32,000 bases of DNA from an uncultured Erysipelotrichaceae bacterium. Lineage in GTDB: Bacteria; Bacillota_I; Bacilli_A; Erysipelotrichales; Erysipelotrichaceae. Where the stretch lies: the NCBI GenBank assembly GCA_964401865.1, contig CAYNZZ010000008.1, forward strand, positions 30,001-62,000. Reading direction: 5' to 3'. Position 1 is the stretch's first letter. Every line of letters starts with the position of its first letter. This document shows, in pieces, positions 15,367 to 25,208 of this stretch. A program made the position numbers and the translations under genes. A model generated the notes under the pieces. It saw only the letters and a program-made list of their open reading frames with translations. It was not told the DNA's origin and made no database searches.

Positions 15367-15690
15367 ATGAAACTAATTCTAGCTATTGTATCTAACGATG
15401 ATAGCAGTTCGGTATCTACCGCGCTAAATAAAGACAATTTCCAAGTAACAAAACTAGCTACTACTGGTGGATTTTTAAGAGCTGGTAATACTACCTTAAT
15501 CATCGGTACTGAAGATGAGAAAGTTGAAAAAGCCATTGAAATTATAGGCAATGAATCTAAGAGAAGAACAGAAATTGTTCCATCAACTGCCGCCTATGAC
15601 ATCGGTCGTTTCGCTTCATTCCCTGTCGAAGTGCAGGTTGGTGGCGCAACAATATTCGTTATAAATGTTGATGAATTCTACAAATTATAA
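15367..15690 (+). CDS. darA: Cyclic-di-AMP receptor protein DarA (PII-like, YaaQ/PstA family)
   Basis: 107 aa. MKLILAIV...NFQVTKLATTGGFLRAGNTTLIIG is the YaaQ/DarA signature as I recall it. Confidence 0.85.
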   Translation: MKLILAIVSNDDSSSVSTALNKDNFQVTKLATTGGFLRAGNTTLIIGTEDEKVEKAIEIIGNESKRRTEIVPSTAAYDIGRFASFPVEVQVGGATIFVINVDEFYKL

Positions 15691-15717
15691 AAGGCTTAAA
15701 AAGCCTTTTATTTTTAT
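15690..15717. terminator. Bidirectional intrinsic terminator shared by darA and the convergent ABC-2 permease gene
   Basis: AAAGGCTT-aaa-AAGCCTTT flanked by an A-run on one side and a T-run on the other. Confidence 0.75.
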
Positions 15718-16505
15718 ATTAGATCTTTTCTGTTATAAACGACCAAAGTTAAAAAGATAAAGATTGAAGTCAACAATAACGATATAAAAACTATAAGTGG
15801 GTTAATTGAAATATTAATGATTACATTCCTTATGTCAGCTAAGGCAAAAAAGGAAACATATTTTAAAAATTCTACGCTATCCGATATTTCAGATGCAATA
15901 TTCAAAAAGTAACTGATAAAGACAATAGCCAAGCTGATGCCTAAAGTATTTTTTGTTTTATGGGCAAAAGACGACAAGAAAAGACATACTCCAAATATTG
16001 CTATCGATGAAAATATAGGGGTAACACTTAGCAACATATATAATTTCTTATCAAAATCTCCGCTAATGCTTAAACCAATGTAATTAAATACGCCTACACA
16101 TAATACCATAAGTACAATATACATAAGTCCAACTAATACTTTTTTTAGTACAATATCATTTCTTGTAACCGGCAAACTATTTAGGTATTCTATCGTTTTC
16201 TCACTTCCTTCTTTGAGCAAAATATTCGATCCTAAAATACCGCTATAAATGCCAGTTATCAAAAGCACAAAGACAAATCCTTCGCTTTTTAACCATCCAA
16301 AAGCATTATCAATACCTGATATATCCATATTAAAAGCCTTCAATACTTCTTCCGGAAAGACCTTGAGCATTTCATTTAACATTTCCATATTATCATTGCT
16401 CATAATCGATGGGTAAATCAGATACACAACCGCAAATATTCCAATTAAAACCAGGGTCCAAATTATAAAACTTTTAAAGTTTACTTTTAATTCTCTTTTA
16501 AACAT
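15714..16505 (-). CDS. ABC-2 family transporter permease
   Basis: 263 aa, 6 predicted TM helices. Directly downstream of a DrrA/CcmA-type ATPase. Confidence 0.75.
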   Translation of the reverse strand: MFKRELKVNFKSFIIWTLVLIGIFAVVYLIYPSIMSNDNMEMLNEMLKVFPEEVLKAFNMDISGIDNAFGWLKSEGFVFVLLITGIYSGILGSNILLKEGSEKTIEYLNSLPVTRNDIVLKKVLVGLMYIVLMVLCVGVFNYIGLSISGDFDKKLYMLLSVTPIFSSIAIFGVCLFLSSFAHKTKNTLGISLAIVFISYFLNIASEISDSVEFLKYVSFFALADIRNVIINISINPLIVFISLLLTSIFIFLTLVVYNRKDLI

Positions 16506-16515
16506 TCAATACCTC

Positions 16516-17409
16516 CTACTCATAGTAATGTAGGAATATTTCTTCCAAAGTCGCTTCTTCAATTAAAATCTTATCAATGTTATATTTTGAAATCACTCTA
16601 ATTAGCTCATTATGTGCCATATTGGAGCCAAATCTCACAGTATTATCTTTAACTGGTGCATTCACTTTTAATTCACCTATTAGCTTAGCGATATCTTTTG
16701 AAGTAATCGTTACAAAAGTTAAACTCTTGCCAATTAAATCTTCAACTCGTTCGATTTTTATTAGGTTTCCATCTTTTATTATCCCTACTCTGTCGCATAT
16801 CTTTGATACTTCGCTTAATATATGAGTTGAATAAAAGATAGTTTTGCCCTTTTCTTTCTCTTCATTCAAAATGTCGTAAAACACGTTTTGCATAATTGGA
16901 TCTAAACCGCTAGTAGGTTCATCTAAAATAATGATTTTCGGATCATGCATTAAAGCCAAGACAATTCCTAACTTCTTTAAATTGCCTAGTGATAGGTCTT
17001 CGATCTTCTTCGATTCATCTAAAACCAATCTCTTGACCAAAGATAAACGATTCGAATGAATATCACCATCATAAAAAGATTCATGATAATCCAACATCTC
17101 TTTAACAGTCAACTCATCATATAAGTTAATTTCACTTGGTAAATAGCCAATCATTTTCTTGATTTCAGTGTTATTTTTACTGAACTCTTGACCATTGATT
17201 AAAACTTTGCCACTGCTTTTATTAATAATATTCAATACAGAGCGAATAGTTGTCGATTTGCCTGCTCCATTAGGACCGATAAAACCAAATATTTCACCTT
17301 CATATAAGGATAAAGACAGATTTTCTACTCCCTTCGTCTTTCCATAATACTTAGTAAGGCTTTGTATGTCTAAAGTACATCTTGCCATATTATCTCTTAT
17401 CACTTTCAT
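16516..17409 (-). CDS. ABC transporter ATP-binding protein (ABC-2 exporter type)
   Basis: Walker A GPNGAGKST, signature-like LSLGNLKK, Walker B IIILDEP. The start is uncertain: ATG 17409 lies only 10 nt after the -10 box, and the alternative is ATG 17388 (MARCTLDIQ...). Confidence 0.88.
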   Translation of the reverse strand: MKVIRDNMARCTLDIQSLTKYYGKTKGVENLSLSLYEGEIFGFIGPNGAGKSTTIRSVLNIINKSSGKVLINGQEFSKNNTEIKKMIGYLPSEINLYDELTVKEMLDYHESFYDGDIHSNRLSLVKRLVLDESKKIEDLSLGNLKKLGIVLALMHDPKIIILDEPTSGLDPIMQNVFYDILNEEKEKGKTIFYSTHILSEVSKICDRVGIIKDGNLIKIERVEDLIGKSLTFVTITSKDIAKLIGELKVNAPVKDNTVRFGSNMAHNELIRVISKYNIDKILIEEATLEEIFLHYYE

Positions 17410-17419
17410 CTATATGCTC

Positions 17420-17428
17420 ATTATATCA
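17420..17428 (-). promoter_or_regulatory. Extended -10 promoter (TGATATAAT) of the ABC-2 transporter operon
   Basis: Minus strand reads aaaTGATATAAT-gagcatatag-ATG, located just after the rplQ terminator. Confidence 0.45.
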
Positions 17429-17452
17429 TTTAGATTATGAACTTCCGCTATT

Positions 17453-17479
17453 AAAAAAGATAGCCTAGGCTATCTTTTT
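17453..17479 (-). terminator. Intrinsic terminator ending the alpha operon (after rplQ)
   Basis: Perfect palindrome AAAAGATAGCCTAGGCTATCTTTT with a flanking T-run in the minus sense. Confidence 0.85.
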
Positions 17480-17482
17480 ATC

Positions 17483-17845
17483 TTATATTAATTCAATAGA
17501 TGCAACAGGGGCATTATCACCACGACGGTAACCTAATTTAGTTACACGAGTGTAACCACCATTACGATCTTTATATTTTGGTCCTAATTCACTGAATAGA
17601 ACTTGTAATGCAGTCTTGCCTTCAGCATTTTCCACATTACGAACATAGCTAGCAGCTAATCTTCTTGTACTTAGATTATCTTCCTTAGCGATAGTGATAA
17701 GTTTTTCAACAACTGCTTGTACTTCTTTAGCTTTCATTTCAGTTGTTTCGATCTTACCTTTTAAAATCACTTCAGTAGATAGGTTTCTAAGTAATGCTTT
17801 TCTATGGTCAGCAGTACGACCTAATTTACGATTATGCATTGTCAA
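17483..17845 (-). CDS. rplQ: 50S ribosomal protein L17
   Basis: 120 aa. MHNRKLGRTADHRKALLRNL is canonical L17. Follows rpoA. Confidence 0.97.
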   Translation of the reverse strand: MTMHNRKLGRTADHRKALLRNLSTEVILKGKIETTEMKAKEVQAVVEKLITIAKEDNLSTRRLAASYVRNVENAEGKTALQVLFSELGPKYKDRNGGYTRVTKLGYRRGDNAPVASIELI

Positions 17846-17851
17846 TTCTCC

Positions 17852-18814
17852 TTATAGTTCTGGGTCTTTGAAGCTAAGACCTAAAGCAGCTAATTTTTCT
17901 TTCACTTCTTTAAGTGATTTCTTACCAAGATTTCTAACTCTTGACATTTCTTCTTCGGTCTTCTTAGTTAATTCTTCAACGTTAGTAATGCTTGCTCTTT
18001 TTAGACAGTTATAACTACGAACAGTTAAATCCAAATCTTCAATCGACATATGAGTAGTCTTCTTATCTACTTCAGCACTCTTTTCCTTGACTGAACTTTC
18101 TTCAACTTCACCCTTAGGATCTAGAGTTTTTAATAGTTCAAAATGATCATTCATATATTTTGCAGCCAGAGCAATTGCTTCTTCAGGTTTAATTGAACCA
18201 TTTGTCCATACTTCCATTGTCAAAGCATCGTATTTAACATTTTGACCAACACGAGTAGGTTCAACTTTATAATTAATTTTTGTCACTGGAGTATAAATAG
18301 CATCAGTATAAATTGTGCCAATACCCTGTGATGAACTTTGATATGCACGCTTGTTTTCATCAGCACTTACATAACCACGACCACATTTCGCTCTTAATTC
18401 CATATCTAGCTTGCCACCTTTATCTAGATGAGCAATAACTAAATCTTTATTCAAGACTTCAATGCCAGTAGGCAATTGAATATCTGCTGCTGTGACTGTA
18501 CATGGTCCAGTAGCATTGATACGTAATGTAAATGACTCATCATTGTCAGCTTTTAAGATAAGCTGTTTAATGTTAAGAATCATCATTGTCACATCTTCTT
18601 TTACACCTTTGATAAAAGAAAATTCATGGAAAATACCATCTATTTTAATAGAATAGACAGCTACGCCAGGAAGAGAAGAAAGCATTACTCTTCTCAAAGC
18701 GTTTCCTAATGTTGTACCAAAGCCTCTCTCCAATGGTGAGATAAGAAATTTACCATAAACATCAGATTCAGGATTTGATTCAATAGTAAACTTTGGTCGT
18801 TCAAATTTTTGCAT
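17852..18814 (-). CDS. rpoA: DNA-directed RNA polymerase subunit alpha
   Basis: 320 aa. GFGTTLGNALRRVMLSSLPG, and a C-terminal domain with LDLTVRSYNCLKRA. Confidence 0.97.
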   Translation of the reverse strand: MQKFERPKFTIESNPESDVYGKFLISPLERGFGTTLGNALRRVMLSSLPGVAVYSIKIDGIFHEFSFIKGVKEDVTMMILNIKQLILKADNDESFTLRINATGPCTVTAADIQLPTGIEVLNKDLVIAHLDKGGKLDMELRAKCGRGYVSADENKRAYQSSSQGIGTIYTDAIYTPVTKINYKVEPTRVGQNVKYDALTMEVWTNGSIKPEEAIALAAKYMNDHFELLKTLDPKGEVEESSVKEKSAEVDKKTTHMSIEDLDLTVRSYNCLKRASITNVEELTKKTEEEMSRVRNLGKKSLKEVKEKLAALGLSFKDPEL

Positions 18815-18828
18815 ATGCTTCCTCCTTA

Positions 18829-19218
18829 TTAGCCTCTAGGCTTCTTTGGTGGACGACATCCATTATGTGGAATTGGAGTCACATCATTAATTGAAGTGAT
18901 TTCAAGACCTGCAGTTTGAAGTGCTCTAACGGCAGCTTCTCTACCTGGACCTGGACCTTTAACGCTTACTTCAACAGTCTTCATACCATGATCCATAGCA
19001 GTTTTTCCAGCTGCTTCAGAAACTAATTGAGCAGCATATGGAGTTGATTTACGAGAACCTTTATAGCCAAGAGCTCCAGCACTTGACCAAGAAATTACAT
19101 TACCAGCTTCATCAGTGATGGTAACGATTGTATTATTGAATGTTGAATGGATATGAGCAACACCCTTAGCAACATTCTTCTTTACACGTCTTTTACGTGT
19201 TGTTTTAGCTTGTGCCAT
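18829..19218 (-). CDS. rpsK: 30S ribosomal protein S11
   Basis: [31 protein letters not shown] prefer ATG 19218 over the GTG at 19227 used by the ORF track, because the GAAAGG SD would be only about 3 nt from the GTG. Confidence 0.95.
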   Translation of the reverse strand: MAQAKTTRKRRVKKNVAKGVAHIHSTFNNTIVTITDEAGNVISWSSAGALGYKGSRKSTPYAAQLVSEAAGKTAMDHGMKTVEVSVKGPGPGREAAVRALQTAGLEITSINDVTPIPHNGCRPPKKPRG

Positions 19219-19239
19219 ATTATTCACTTACCTTTCTTG

Positions 19240-19605
19240 TTACTTCTTCTTATTTGCAACAGTACGACGAGGTCCTTTACGTGTACGAGCATTTGTCTTT
19301 GTTCTTTGTCCACGTACAGGAAGACCTTTACGATGTCTCATTCCACGGTAACATGCAATTTCCATCAATCGTTTAATATTTAATTGAGTTTCTCTTCTTA
19401 GATCACCTTCTAATTTATAAGAATCTAATGTTTTACGCAAAGCATTAACTTGGTCATCAGTTAAGTCTTTAACTCGAATATCTTCGCTAATACCGTTTTC
19501 CTTTAATATCTTTTGAGCAGTTGGAAGTCCAACACCGTAGATATATGTTAAAGATACTACTACGCGTTTGTCGCGAGGAATATCTACACCAGCTATACGA
19601 GCCAT
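19240..19605 (-). CDS. rpsM: 30S ribosomal protein S13
   Basis: [26 protein letters not shown] is canonical S13. Confidence 0.97.
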   Translation of the reverse strand: MARIAGVDIPRDKRVVVSLTYIYGVGLPTAQKILKENGISEDIRVKDLTDDQVNALRKTLDSYKLEGDLRRETQLNIKRLMEIACYRGMRHRKGLPVRGQRTKTNARTRKGPRRTVANKKK

Positions 19606-19623
19606 AATCCTTGTTCCCTCCTA

Positions 19624-19737
19624 TTATCCTTGTCTTTGTTTGTGTTTAGGGTTTTCACAAATAACCATAACGCGACCTTTGCGCTTAATAACGCGACATT
19701 TGTCACAAATTGGTTTAACAGATGGTCTTACTTTCAT
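19624..19737 (-). CDS. rpmJ: 50S ribosomal protein L36 (zinc-binding C+ form)
   Basis: Not in the ORF track. Hand translation gives [37 protein letters not shown] (37 aa), between infA and rpsM. Confidence 0.93.
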   Translation of the reverse strand: MKVRPSVKPICDKCRVIKRKGRVMVICENPKHKQRQG

Positions 19738-19754
19738 CTTTCCCTCCTACTAGA

Positions 19755-19973
19755 CTATTTATGTCTAAATGTTATACGCCCACGTGTTAGATCGTAAGGC
19801 GAAATCTCAACAGTCACTTTATCACCTGGTAAAATGCGAATGTAATGCATGCGGATTTTACCAGAAACGTGAGCCAGAATCTCGTGACCATTTCCAAGTT
19901 TCACCTTAAATTGTGCGTTTGGCAAAGTATCAATTACCAAACCTTCGATTTCAATGACATCTTGTTTTGCCAA
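19755..19973 (-). CDS. infA: Translation initiation factor IF-1
   Basis: 72 aa. [26 protein letters not shown]...RITFRHK. Confidence 0.97.
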   Translation of the reverse strand: MAKQDVIEIEGLVIDTLPNAQFKVKLGNGHEILAHVSGKIRMHYIRILPGDKVTVEISPYDLTRGRITFRHK

Positions 19974-19976
19974 CAG

Positions 19977-20729
19977 TTAGTCCTCCTTAGTAGTTATTTC
20001 ATAACCGTCTTCTAGTACAATGACAGTGTGTTCATAGTGCGCTGCTAAACTCTTATCTCTTGAGACAACGCCCCAACCATCAGGTAAAGTTCTGCAATGG
20101 GGTTTACCCATGAAAACCATTGGTTCTACTGCTATACACATTCCTTTTTTAAGATGCTCTAAACTATGAGCTCTTCCCACATTTGGAACACTGGGTTCCT
20201 CATGAACATGCCTACCAATGCCATGTCCGGTATATTCGATAGGTAAAGAATAGCCATGTGCTTCAACATATGTTTGCACAGCATTAGCAATATCGCCTAC
20301 TCGATTACCAGCTTTTACTTGTGCTAAGCCTTGATATAATGCTTCTTCAGTAACTTTCATTAAGTCCAGAATCTTTTCATCCTTGACTTCACCTACTGTA
20401 TAAGACCAAGCACTATCTCCATGATATCCTTTATAACAAGCACCTACATCAACCGAAATAATATCGCCATCTTTTAAGATGGTATGATCTGGAATACCAT
20501 GTACCAGCATCTCATTAATTGATGTACAAATGCTTGCCGGAAAACCTTGATAACCTTTGAAAGAAGGAGTAGCACCATTGCTACGAATAACTTCTTCAGC
20601 TATTCTATCTAGCTCCAAAGTTGAAATTCCTGGTCTGATGACCTCTTTCATCTTTTTATGAACACGAGCAACAATTTTACCCGCTTCTCTCATAAGTTCT
20701 AGTTCCCTTGGGGATTTGATACTAATCAT
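19977..20729 (-). CDS. map: Type I methionine aminopeptidase
   Basis: I prefer the start MISIKSPRELELMREAGKIV at ATG 20729, which overlaps the adk stop by 8 nt. The longer track ORF runs 100 nt into adk. Metal ligands are in the expected motifs (DVGA..GYHGD, HGIG, VEP, EHT). Confidence 0.93.
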   Translation of the reverse strand: MISIKSPRELELMREAGKIVARVHKKMKEVIRPGISTLELDRIAEEVIRSNGATPSFKGYQGFPASICTSINEMLVHGIPDHTILKDGDIISVDVGACYKGYHGDSAWSYTVGEVKDEKILDLMKVTEEALYQGLAQVKAGNRVGDIANAVQTYVEAHGYSLPIEYTGHGIGRHVHEEPSVPNVGRAHSLEHLKKGMCIAVEPMVFMGKPHCRTLPDGWGVVSRDKSLAAHYEHTVIVLEDGYEITTKED

Positions 20730-21375
20730 GAATCTCCTCCAAAAGTCCTTTGATAGTCTTATATACTTCATCTGTACTCTTGGAAGCGTCAACCTCTTTA
20801 ACCAAACCTTGTTCTCTGTAATATTCAACAGTCGGAATAGTTGCGCTATGATATTCGCCTAAACGTACTTCAAGACTTTCAAGTGTATCATCTTTACGCG
20901 CATATAATTCTCCACCACATTCATCACAGATACCTTCTACTTTAGAAGGATGGTTTCTTGTGTGATAAATTGCACCGCAATTCTTACATAATCTACGACC
21001 AGTGATCCTGATTTTCAATTCTTCTTCATCCAGATTTAATAAAACTACTAAATCTATATGTAGGCCAAGCTCATTTAAGATGCCGTCGAAGTCAATAGCT
21101 TGCTCTGTGTTCCTTGGATATCCATCCATTAAGAAACCCTTTTTAATATCATCTTTGCTTAAACGTTCAACGATGATATCATGAATAACTTCATCAGGAA
21201 CAAGCTGTCCTTTTTGCATATAGCTTTGCGCTCTTAGACCAACGGGACTTCCATCCTTGATGCTTTGTCTTAAGATATCGCCAGTAGAAACATGAACTAA
21301 TCCATAATCTTGAACTAGTAAGTTAGACATAGTACCCTTACCAGTTCCTGGGGCACCAATCAACAGAAGATTCAT
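20722..21375 (-). CDS. adk: Adenylate kinase (Cys4 zinc lid)
   Basis: 217 aa. P-loop GAPGTGKGT. Lid CKNCGAIYH...CDECGGEL. Confidence 0.97.
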   Translation of the reverse strand: MNLLLIGAPGTGKGTMSNLLVQDYGLVHVSTGDILRQSIKDGSPVGLRAQSYMQKGQLVPDEVIHDIIVERLSKDDIKKGFLMDGYPRNTEQAIDFDGILNELGLHIDLVVLLNLDEEELKIRITGRRLCKNCGAIYHTRNHPSKVEGICDECGGELYARKDDTLESLEVRLGEYHSATIPTVEYYREQGLVKEVDASKSTDEVYKTIKGLLEEIHD

Positions 21376-21384
21376 TAATCACAC

Positions 21385-22662
21385 CTACTTTCCTACGAAA
21401 CCATGATATTGTTTTTGAGTTAGTTGACCTTTTAAAGTCTTCGTTGTTTCCATAGCTACACCAACAACGATGATAATACCAGTTCCACCGACTGCGGCTT
21501 GTGATGGTAAACCAGTAAGCATAGAAATAACATATGGTAAAACCGCAATGAATGTAAGGAGAATGGCTCCCAACACAGTGATGCGATTCAAGACTTTTGA
21601 AATATATTCTTTTGTTTCACTTCCAGGACGAACACCTGGGATATATGAATTTTGTTTACCTAAATCTTCTGAAATCTTATTTGGATCAACTGTCAAATTA
21701 GTATAGAAGAATGTAAACAAGATAATCAATACCGCATATAGCACAAGTGCAAGCGGACTCTTGGTTAAGTTAAAAAACTCGCTTAACCACGCATATGCCT
21801 CTTGATTAACCCAAGATGTAATAATTTGCGGAACTTGAATAATAGTTGACGCAAAAATAACTGGAATAACGCTAGCCGAATTTATCTTTAGTGGTAGGTG
21901 GTTAAAATCACCTTTTGTACGATTGATTACTTGGCTAGTTGTATATTGCATCGGAATTCTTCTTTCAGCAAGCTGCATCAAGACAACAAGCGCAATGATT
22001 GCGATAAACATCAAAATGTAGACGACGAATGAAATTAAACCTGCAGTAGTAAAACCACCATTAAACAATGTACTATATACAGTTTGGAACTGTCTTGGCA
22101 TACCAGCAACAATACCAGCAAAGATAATCATTGAGACACCATTGCCAACTCCTTTAGCAGTGATCTGATCGCCAATCCACAACAAGAACATCGAACCAGC
22201 AGTGAAAATAATGGAAATGTATAAATATTTAAGTGGTCCTGGATTGTCAACAACACCATATTGATTAGATAGTAACTGAACAATGAAATATCCTTGAATC
22301 AAAGACATAACAACAGCTAGATATCTAGTAATTCTGTCCATCTGCTGCTGACCTTTTTTACCACTTTTTGCCATCTCTGTCAAAGCAGGAATGACATCCA
22401 TCGCCAATAATTGAATTACGATACTAGAAGTAATGTACGGTCCAACTCCTAAAGAGAAAATTGACATTTGTTCAATTGCTCCGCCACCAAGTAAACTCAT
22501 CATTCCAAGAATTGAGTTAGCCGATAGAGAAATAACTGTATCATTGATACCTACCGCTGGAATTGAACATCCCAAGCGATAGATAAACAACATCAACAAT
22601 GTAAAGCCAATTTTCTTTCTGATATCTCTATTTTTAAAGAAATCAACGAAAGTTTGGAACAT
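21385..22662 (-). CDS. secY: Preprotein translocase subunit SecY
   Basis: 425 aa, 10 TM segments, conserved position after rplO. Confidence 0.97.
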   Translation of the reverse strand: MFQTFVDFFKNRDIRKKIGFTLLMLFIYRLGCSIPAVGINDTVISLSANSILGMMSLLGGGAIEQMSIFSLGVGPYITSSIVIQLLAMDVIPALTEMAKSGKKGQQQMDRITRYLAVVMSLIQGYFIVQLLSNQYGVVDNPGPLKYLYISIIFTAGSMFLLWIGDQITAKGVGNGVSMIIFAGIVAGMPRQFQTVYSTLFNGGFTTAGLISFVVYILMFIAIIALVVLMQLAERRIPMQYTTSQVINRTKGDFNHLPLKINSASVIPVIFASTIIQVPQIITSWVNQEAYAWLSEFFNLTKSPLALVLYAVLIILFTFFYTNLTVDPNKISEDLGKQNSYIPGVRPGSETKEYISKVLNRITVLGAILLTFIAVLPYVISMLTGLPSQAAVGGTGIIIVVGVAMETTKTLKGQLTQKQYHGFVGK

Positions 22663-22663
22663 A

Positions 22664-23104
22664 TTAGAATACCTCGACTTTTCCGCCCGCTTTTTTTATT
22701 GCTGCCACAGCTGATTTAGATGCTTTATGGCATTTAACTGTAAGTTTCTTTTCTAGTGTACCATTACCTAGAACTTTAACGCCAGATAATTCTTTCTTTA
22801 CAAGTCCAGTTTCAATTAATAATTCTGGAGTAACTTCTACGCCATTTTCAAAAACATTTAAGTCTTCTACATCGATAATAGCATATTCTTTTCTTGTAAA
22901 GTTAGTAAATCCACGCTTAGGTATTCTCTTATATAAAGGAGTTTGTCCTCCTTCAAAACCTAGAGCTACTCCGCCACCAGAACGAGCCTTTTGACCCTTA
23001 TGTCCTTTTCCGGCAGTTTTTCCATTTCCAGAACCGTGTCCACGACCGATTCTTTTACGTTCTTTACGAGCACCCTCGTTGTATTTCATTTCATGTAAAT
23101 TCAT
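22664..23104 (-). CDS. rplO: 50S ribosomal protein L15
   Basis: 146 aa. [29 protein letters not shown]. Confidence 0.97.
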   Translation of the reverse strand: MNLHEMKYNEGARKERKRIGRGHGSGNGKTAGKGHKGQKARSGGGVALGFEGGQTPLYKRIPKRGFTNFTRKEYAIIDVEDLNVFENGVEVTPELLIETGLVKKELSGVKVLGNGTLEKKLTVKCHKASKSAVAAIKKAGGKVEVF

Positions 23105-23116
23105 CCTTAGGCCCTC

Positions 23117-23641
23117 CTATCGAATTTCTTCTACTTTCTTTTCACGTAACTTAGCTACAGCGTTAACAGTTCTCAATTCGCTCAAAGCAGTCATAGTTGC
23201 ATGAACGACATTGATAGGTGTACGACTACCAATACATTTTGATAGAACGTCATTGATACCTGCAAGCTCTAGAACAGCACGTACTGCACCACCAGCGATA
23301 ACACCAGTACCTTCACTAGCTGGGCGAAGCATAACTTCACCAGCACCGTAAACACCAGTTACTGCATGTGGTATAGTCTTGTATCCATTTACAAGTGGAA
23401 CACGAATAATATTTTTCTTTGCATTTTCAATAGCCTTACGAATTGCATCAGGTACTTCATTAGCTTTGCCTAAACCATAGCCAACGCGTCCTTTCTTATC
23501 GCCAACTACTACTAATGCAGAGAAACGCATTCTACGACCACCCTTAACAGTCTTAGAAACACGGTTGATTACTACAACTCTTTCTTCAAATTCTTTTTGA
23601 GTGCGATCGAATTTTCTGTTTTTTCTATTTGTATTTTCCAT
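23117..23641 (-). CDS. rpsE: 30S ribosomal protein S5
   Basis: 174 aa. [25 protein letters not shown]. Confidence 0.97.
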   Translation of the reverse strand: MENTNRKNRKFDRTQKEFEERVVVINRVSKTVKGGRRMRFSALVVVGDKKGRVGYGLGKANEVPDAIRKAIENAKKNIIRVPLVNGYKTIPHAVTGVYGAGEVMLRPASEGTGVIAGGAVRAVLELAGINDVLSKCIGSRTPINVVHATMTALSELRTVNAVAKLREKKVEEIR

Positions 23642-23650
23642 GATTACCCC

Positions 23651-24007
23651 CTAGAATTTAAGACCAGCTTCTCTAGCTGCTTCAGCAAGAGCCTTTACTC
23701 TTCCATGATAGATGTAACCACCACGGTCAAATACAACATTTTCAATATTGTTAGCTAAAGCGCGTTTAGCAACTTCAGTGCCAACTTGTTTAGCTGCTTC
23801 AACATTACCACCATTTGCAAGTTTTAATTCAACTGATGAGCAAGAAACAATTGTCTTTCCTTCAGTATCATCAATGATTTGACAGTGAATGTGAGCATTC
23901 GAACGGAATACACATAAACGTGGGCAAGCAGCAGTACCATTTACTTTTTTTCTGATACGCGCATGTCTTCTAAGACGTTCTTCATTTTTTGATCCTTTAT
24001 TTAACAT
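23651..24007 (-). CDS. rplR: 50S ribosomal protein L18
   Basis: 118 aa. [27 protein letters not shown]. Confidence 0.97.
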   Translation of the reverse strand: MLNKGSKNEERLRRHARIRKKVNGTAACPRLCVFRSNAHIHCQIIDDTEGKTIVSCSSVELKLANGGNVEAAKQVGTEVAKRALANNIENVVFDRGGYIYHGRVKALAEAAREAGLKF

Positions 24008-24028
24008 GTCCTATATACTCCTTTCCCA

Positions 24029-24571
24029 CTATTTACCAGCCGTCTTACCTTCTTTACGACGGATATGTTCACCCTTATAACGGATACCTTTACCCTTATA
24101 AGGTTCTGGTTTACGATAAGCACGAATGTTAGCAGCAACTTCACCAACACGTTGTTTATCAATACCTGTTACAACGATTTGAGTTGCGCTTGGACATTCA
24201 ATATTGATTCCTTCTTCAACAATATATTCAATTTGATGAGAATAACCAATAGTTAATGTTAATTTGTTTCCTGCAACAGCAGCACGATAACCGATACCTT
24301 CAATTTCAAGTTCTTTTTTATAACCCTCACTTACACCAATAATCATGTTATTGATTAAAGCACGAGTTGTACCATGAAGCTGTTTAGTGTGTTTTTCTTC
24401 GTTTGCGCGTACGCAAGTTAGAACTCCATTATCGTTTTTGATTTCGATAAGTGGAGAGAATTGACGTGTCAAAGTTCCTTTAGGCCCTTTTACAGTCACC
24501 TCATTACTAGCTGATACAGTAAATTCTACACCGCTAGGAATGGTAATCGTTTTATTCCCGATACGTGACAT
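24029..24571 (-). CDS. rplF: 50S ribosomal protein L6
   Basis: 180 aa. [18 protein letters not shown]. Confidence 0.97.
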   Translation of the reverse strand: MSRIGNKTITIPSGVEFTVSASNEVTVKGPKGTLTRQFSPLIEIKNDNGVLTCVRANEEKHTKQLHGTTRALINNMIIGVSEGYKKELEIEGIGYRAAVAGNKLTLTIGYSHQIEYIVEEGINIECPSATQIVVTGIDKQRVGEVAANIRAYRKPEPYKGKGIRYKGEHIRRKEGKTAGK

Positions 24572-24589
24572 TTTATTCTCCTTTGTCTA

Positions 24590-24994
24590 TTACCAAATGT
24601 AGGCGATAACTTCACCGCCGAAGCCATTTTTTCTAGCATCACGATCTGTCATAAGACCATGAGATGTAGAAATGATAGCTGTACCTAAACCATTTAATAC
24701 TCTTGGAACTGAATCATTCTTTGCATAAACGCGAAGACCAGGTTTAGAAATACGTTTTAAGCCTGTGATAACTTTTTGATTATTGTTTCCATATTTTAAT
24801 TCAATAACAATCATCTTATCTTTAGCTTTATCGCCTTCAACTTTATAAGAAGTAATATATCCTTCTTCTTTAAGAATACGGGCAATTTCAATTTTCATTT
24901 TACTTGCCGGAACATTTACTGTTTCATGTTTAGCGCCAAGACCATTACGGATTCTTGTAAGCATATCGGCAATTGGATCTGTCATATTCATCAT
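24590..24994 (-). CDS. rpsH: 30S ribosomal protein S8
   Basis: [15 protein letters not shown] core. GGAGG lies 9 nt upstream of the first ATG (24994). ATG 24985 is the alternative start. Confidence 0.95.
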   Translation of the reverse strand: MMNMTDPIADMLTRIRNGLGAKHETVNVPASKMKIEIARILKEEGYITSYKVEGDKAKDKMIVIELKYGNNNQKVITGLKRISKPGLRVYAKNDSVPRVLNGLGTAIISTSHGLMTDRDARKNGFGGEVIAYIW

Positions 24995-25007
24995 TGCTTA
25001 ATACCTC

Positions 25008-25193
25008 CTACCAGCTGGCCTTCTTAACACCCGGAATTTGACCTTTATAAGCTAATTCACGGAAGCAAATACGGCATAGTTTGTACTTTTGAAGTACGGC
25101 ATGTGGACGTCCACAACGTTCACATCTAGTGTAATTACGAGATGAGAATTTGTTTTGACGTTGTGCTTTAATAATCATTGCTTTCTTAGCCAT
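25008..25193 (-). CDS. rpsN: 30S ribosomal protein S14, short zinc-ribbon (type Z) form
   Basis: 61 aa. [20 protein letters not shown]. Confidence 0.96.
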   Translation of the reverse strand: MAKKAMIIKAQRQNKFSSRNYTRCERCGRPHAVLQKYKLCRICFRELAYKGQIPGVKKASW

Positions 25194-25208
25194 TTTTAAT
25201 TCTCCTCT

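Noticed and set aside
20730-20828. 33-codon N-terminal extension of methionine aminopeptidase overlapping adk
   Set aside because: The Map family begins near MISIKSPRELELMREAG. The extension would overlap adk by 107 nt and has no homology signal.
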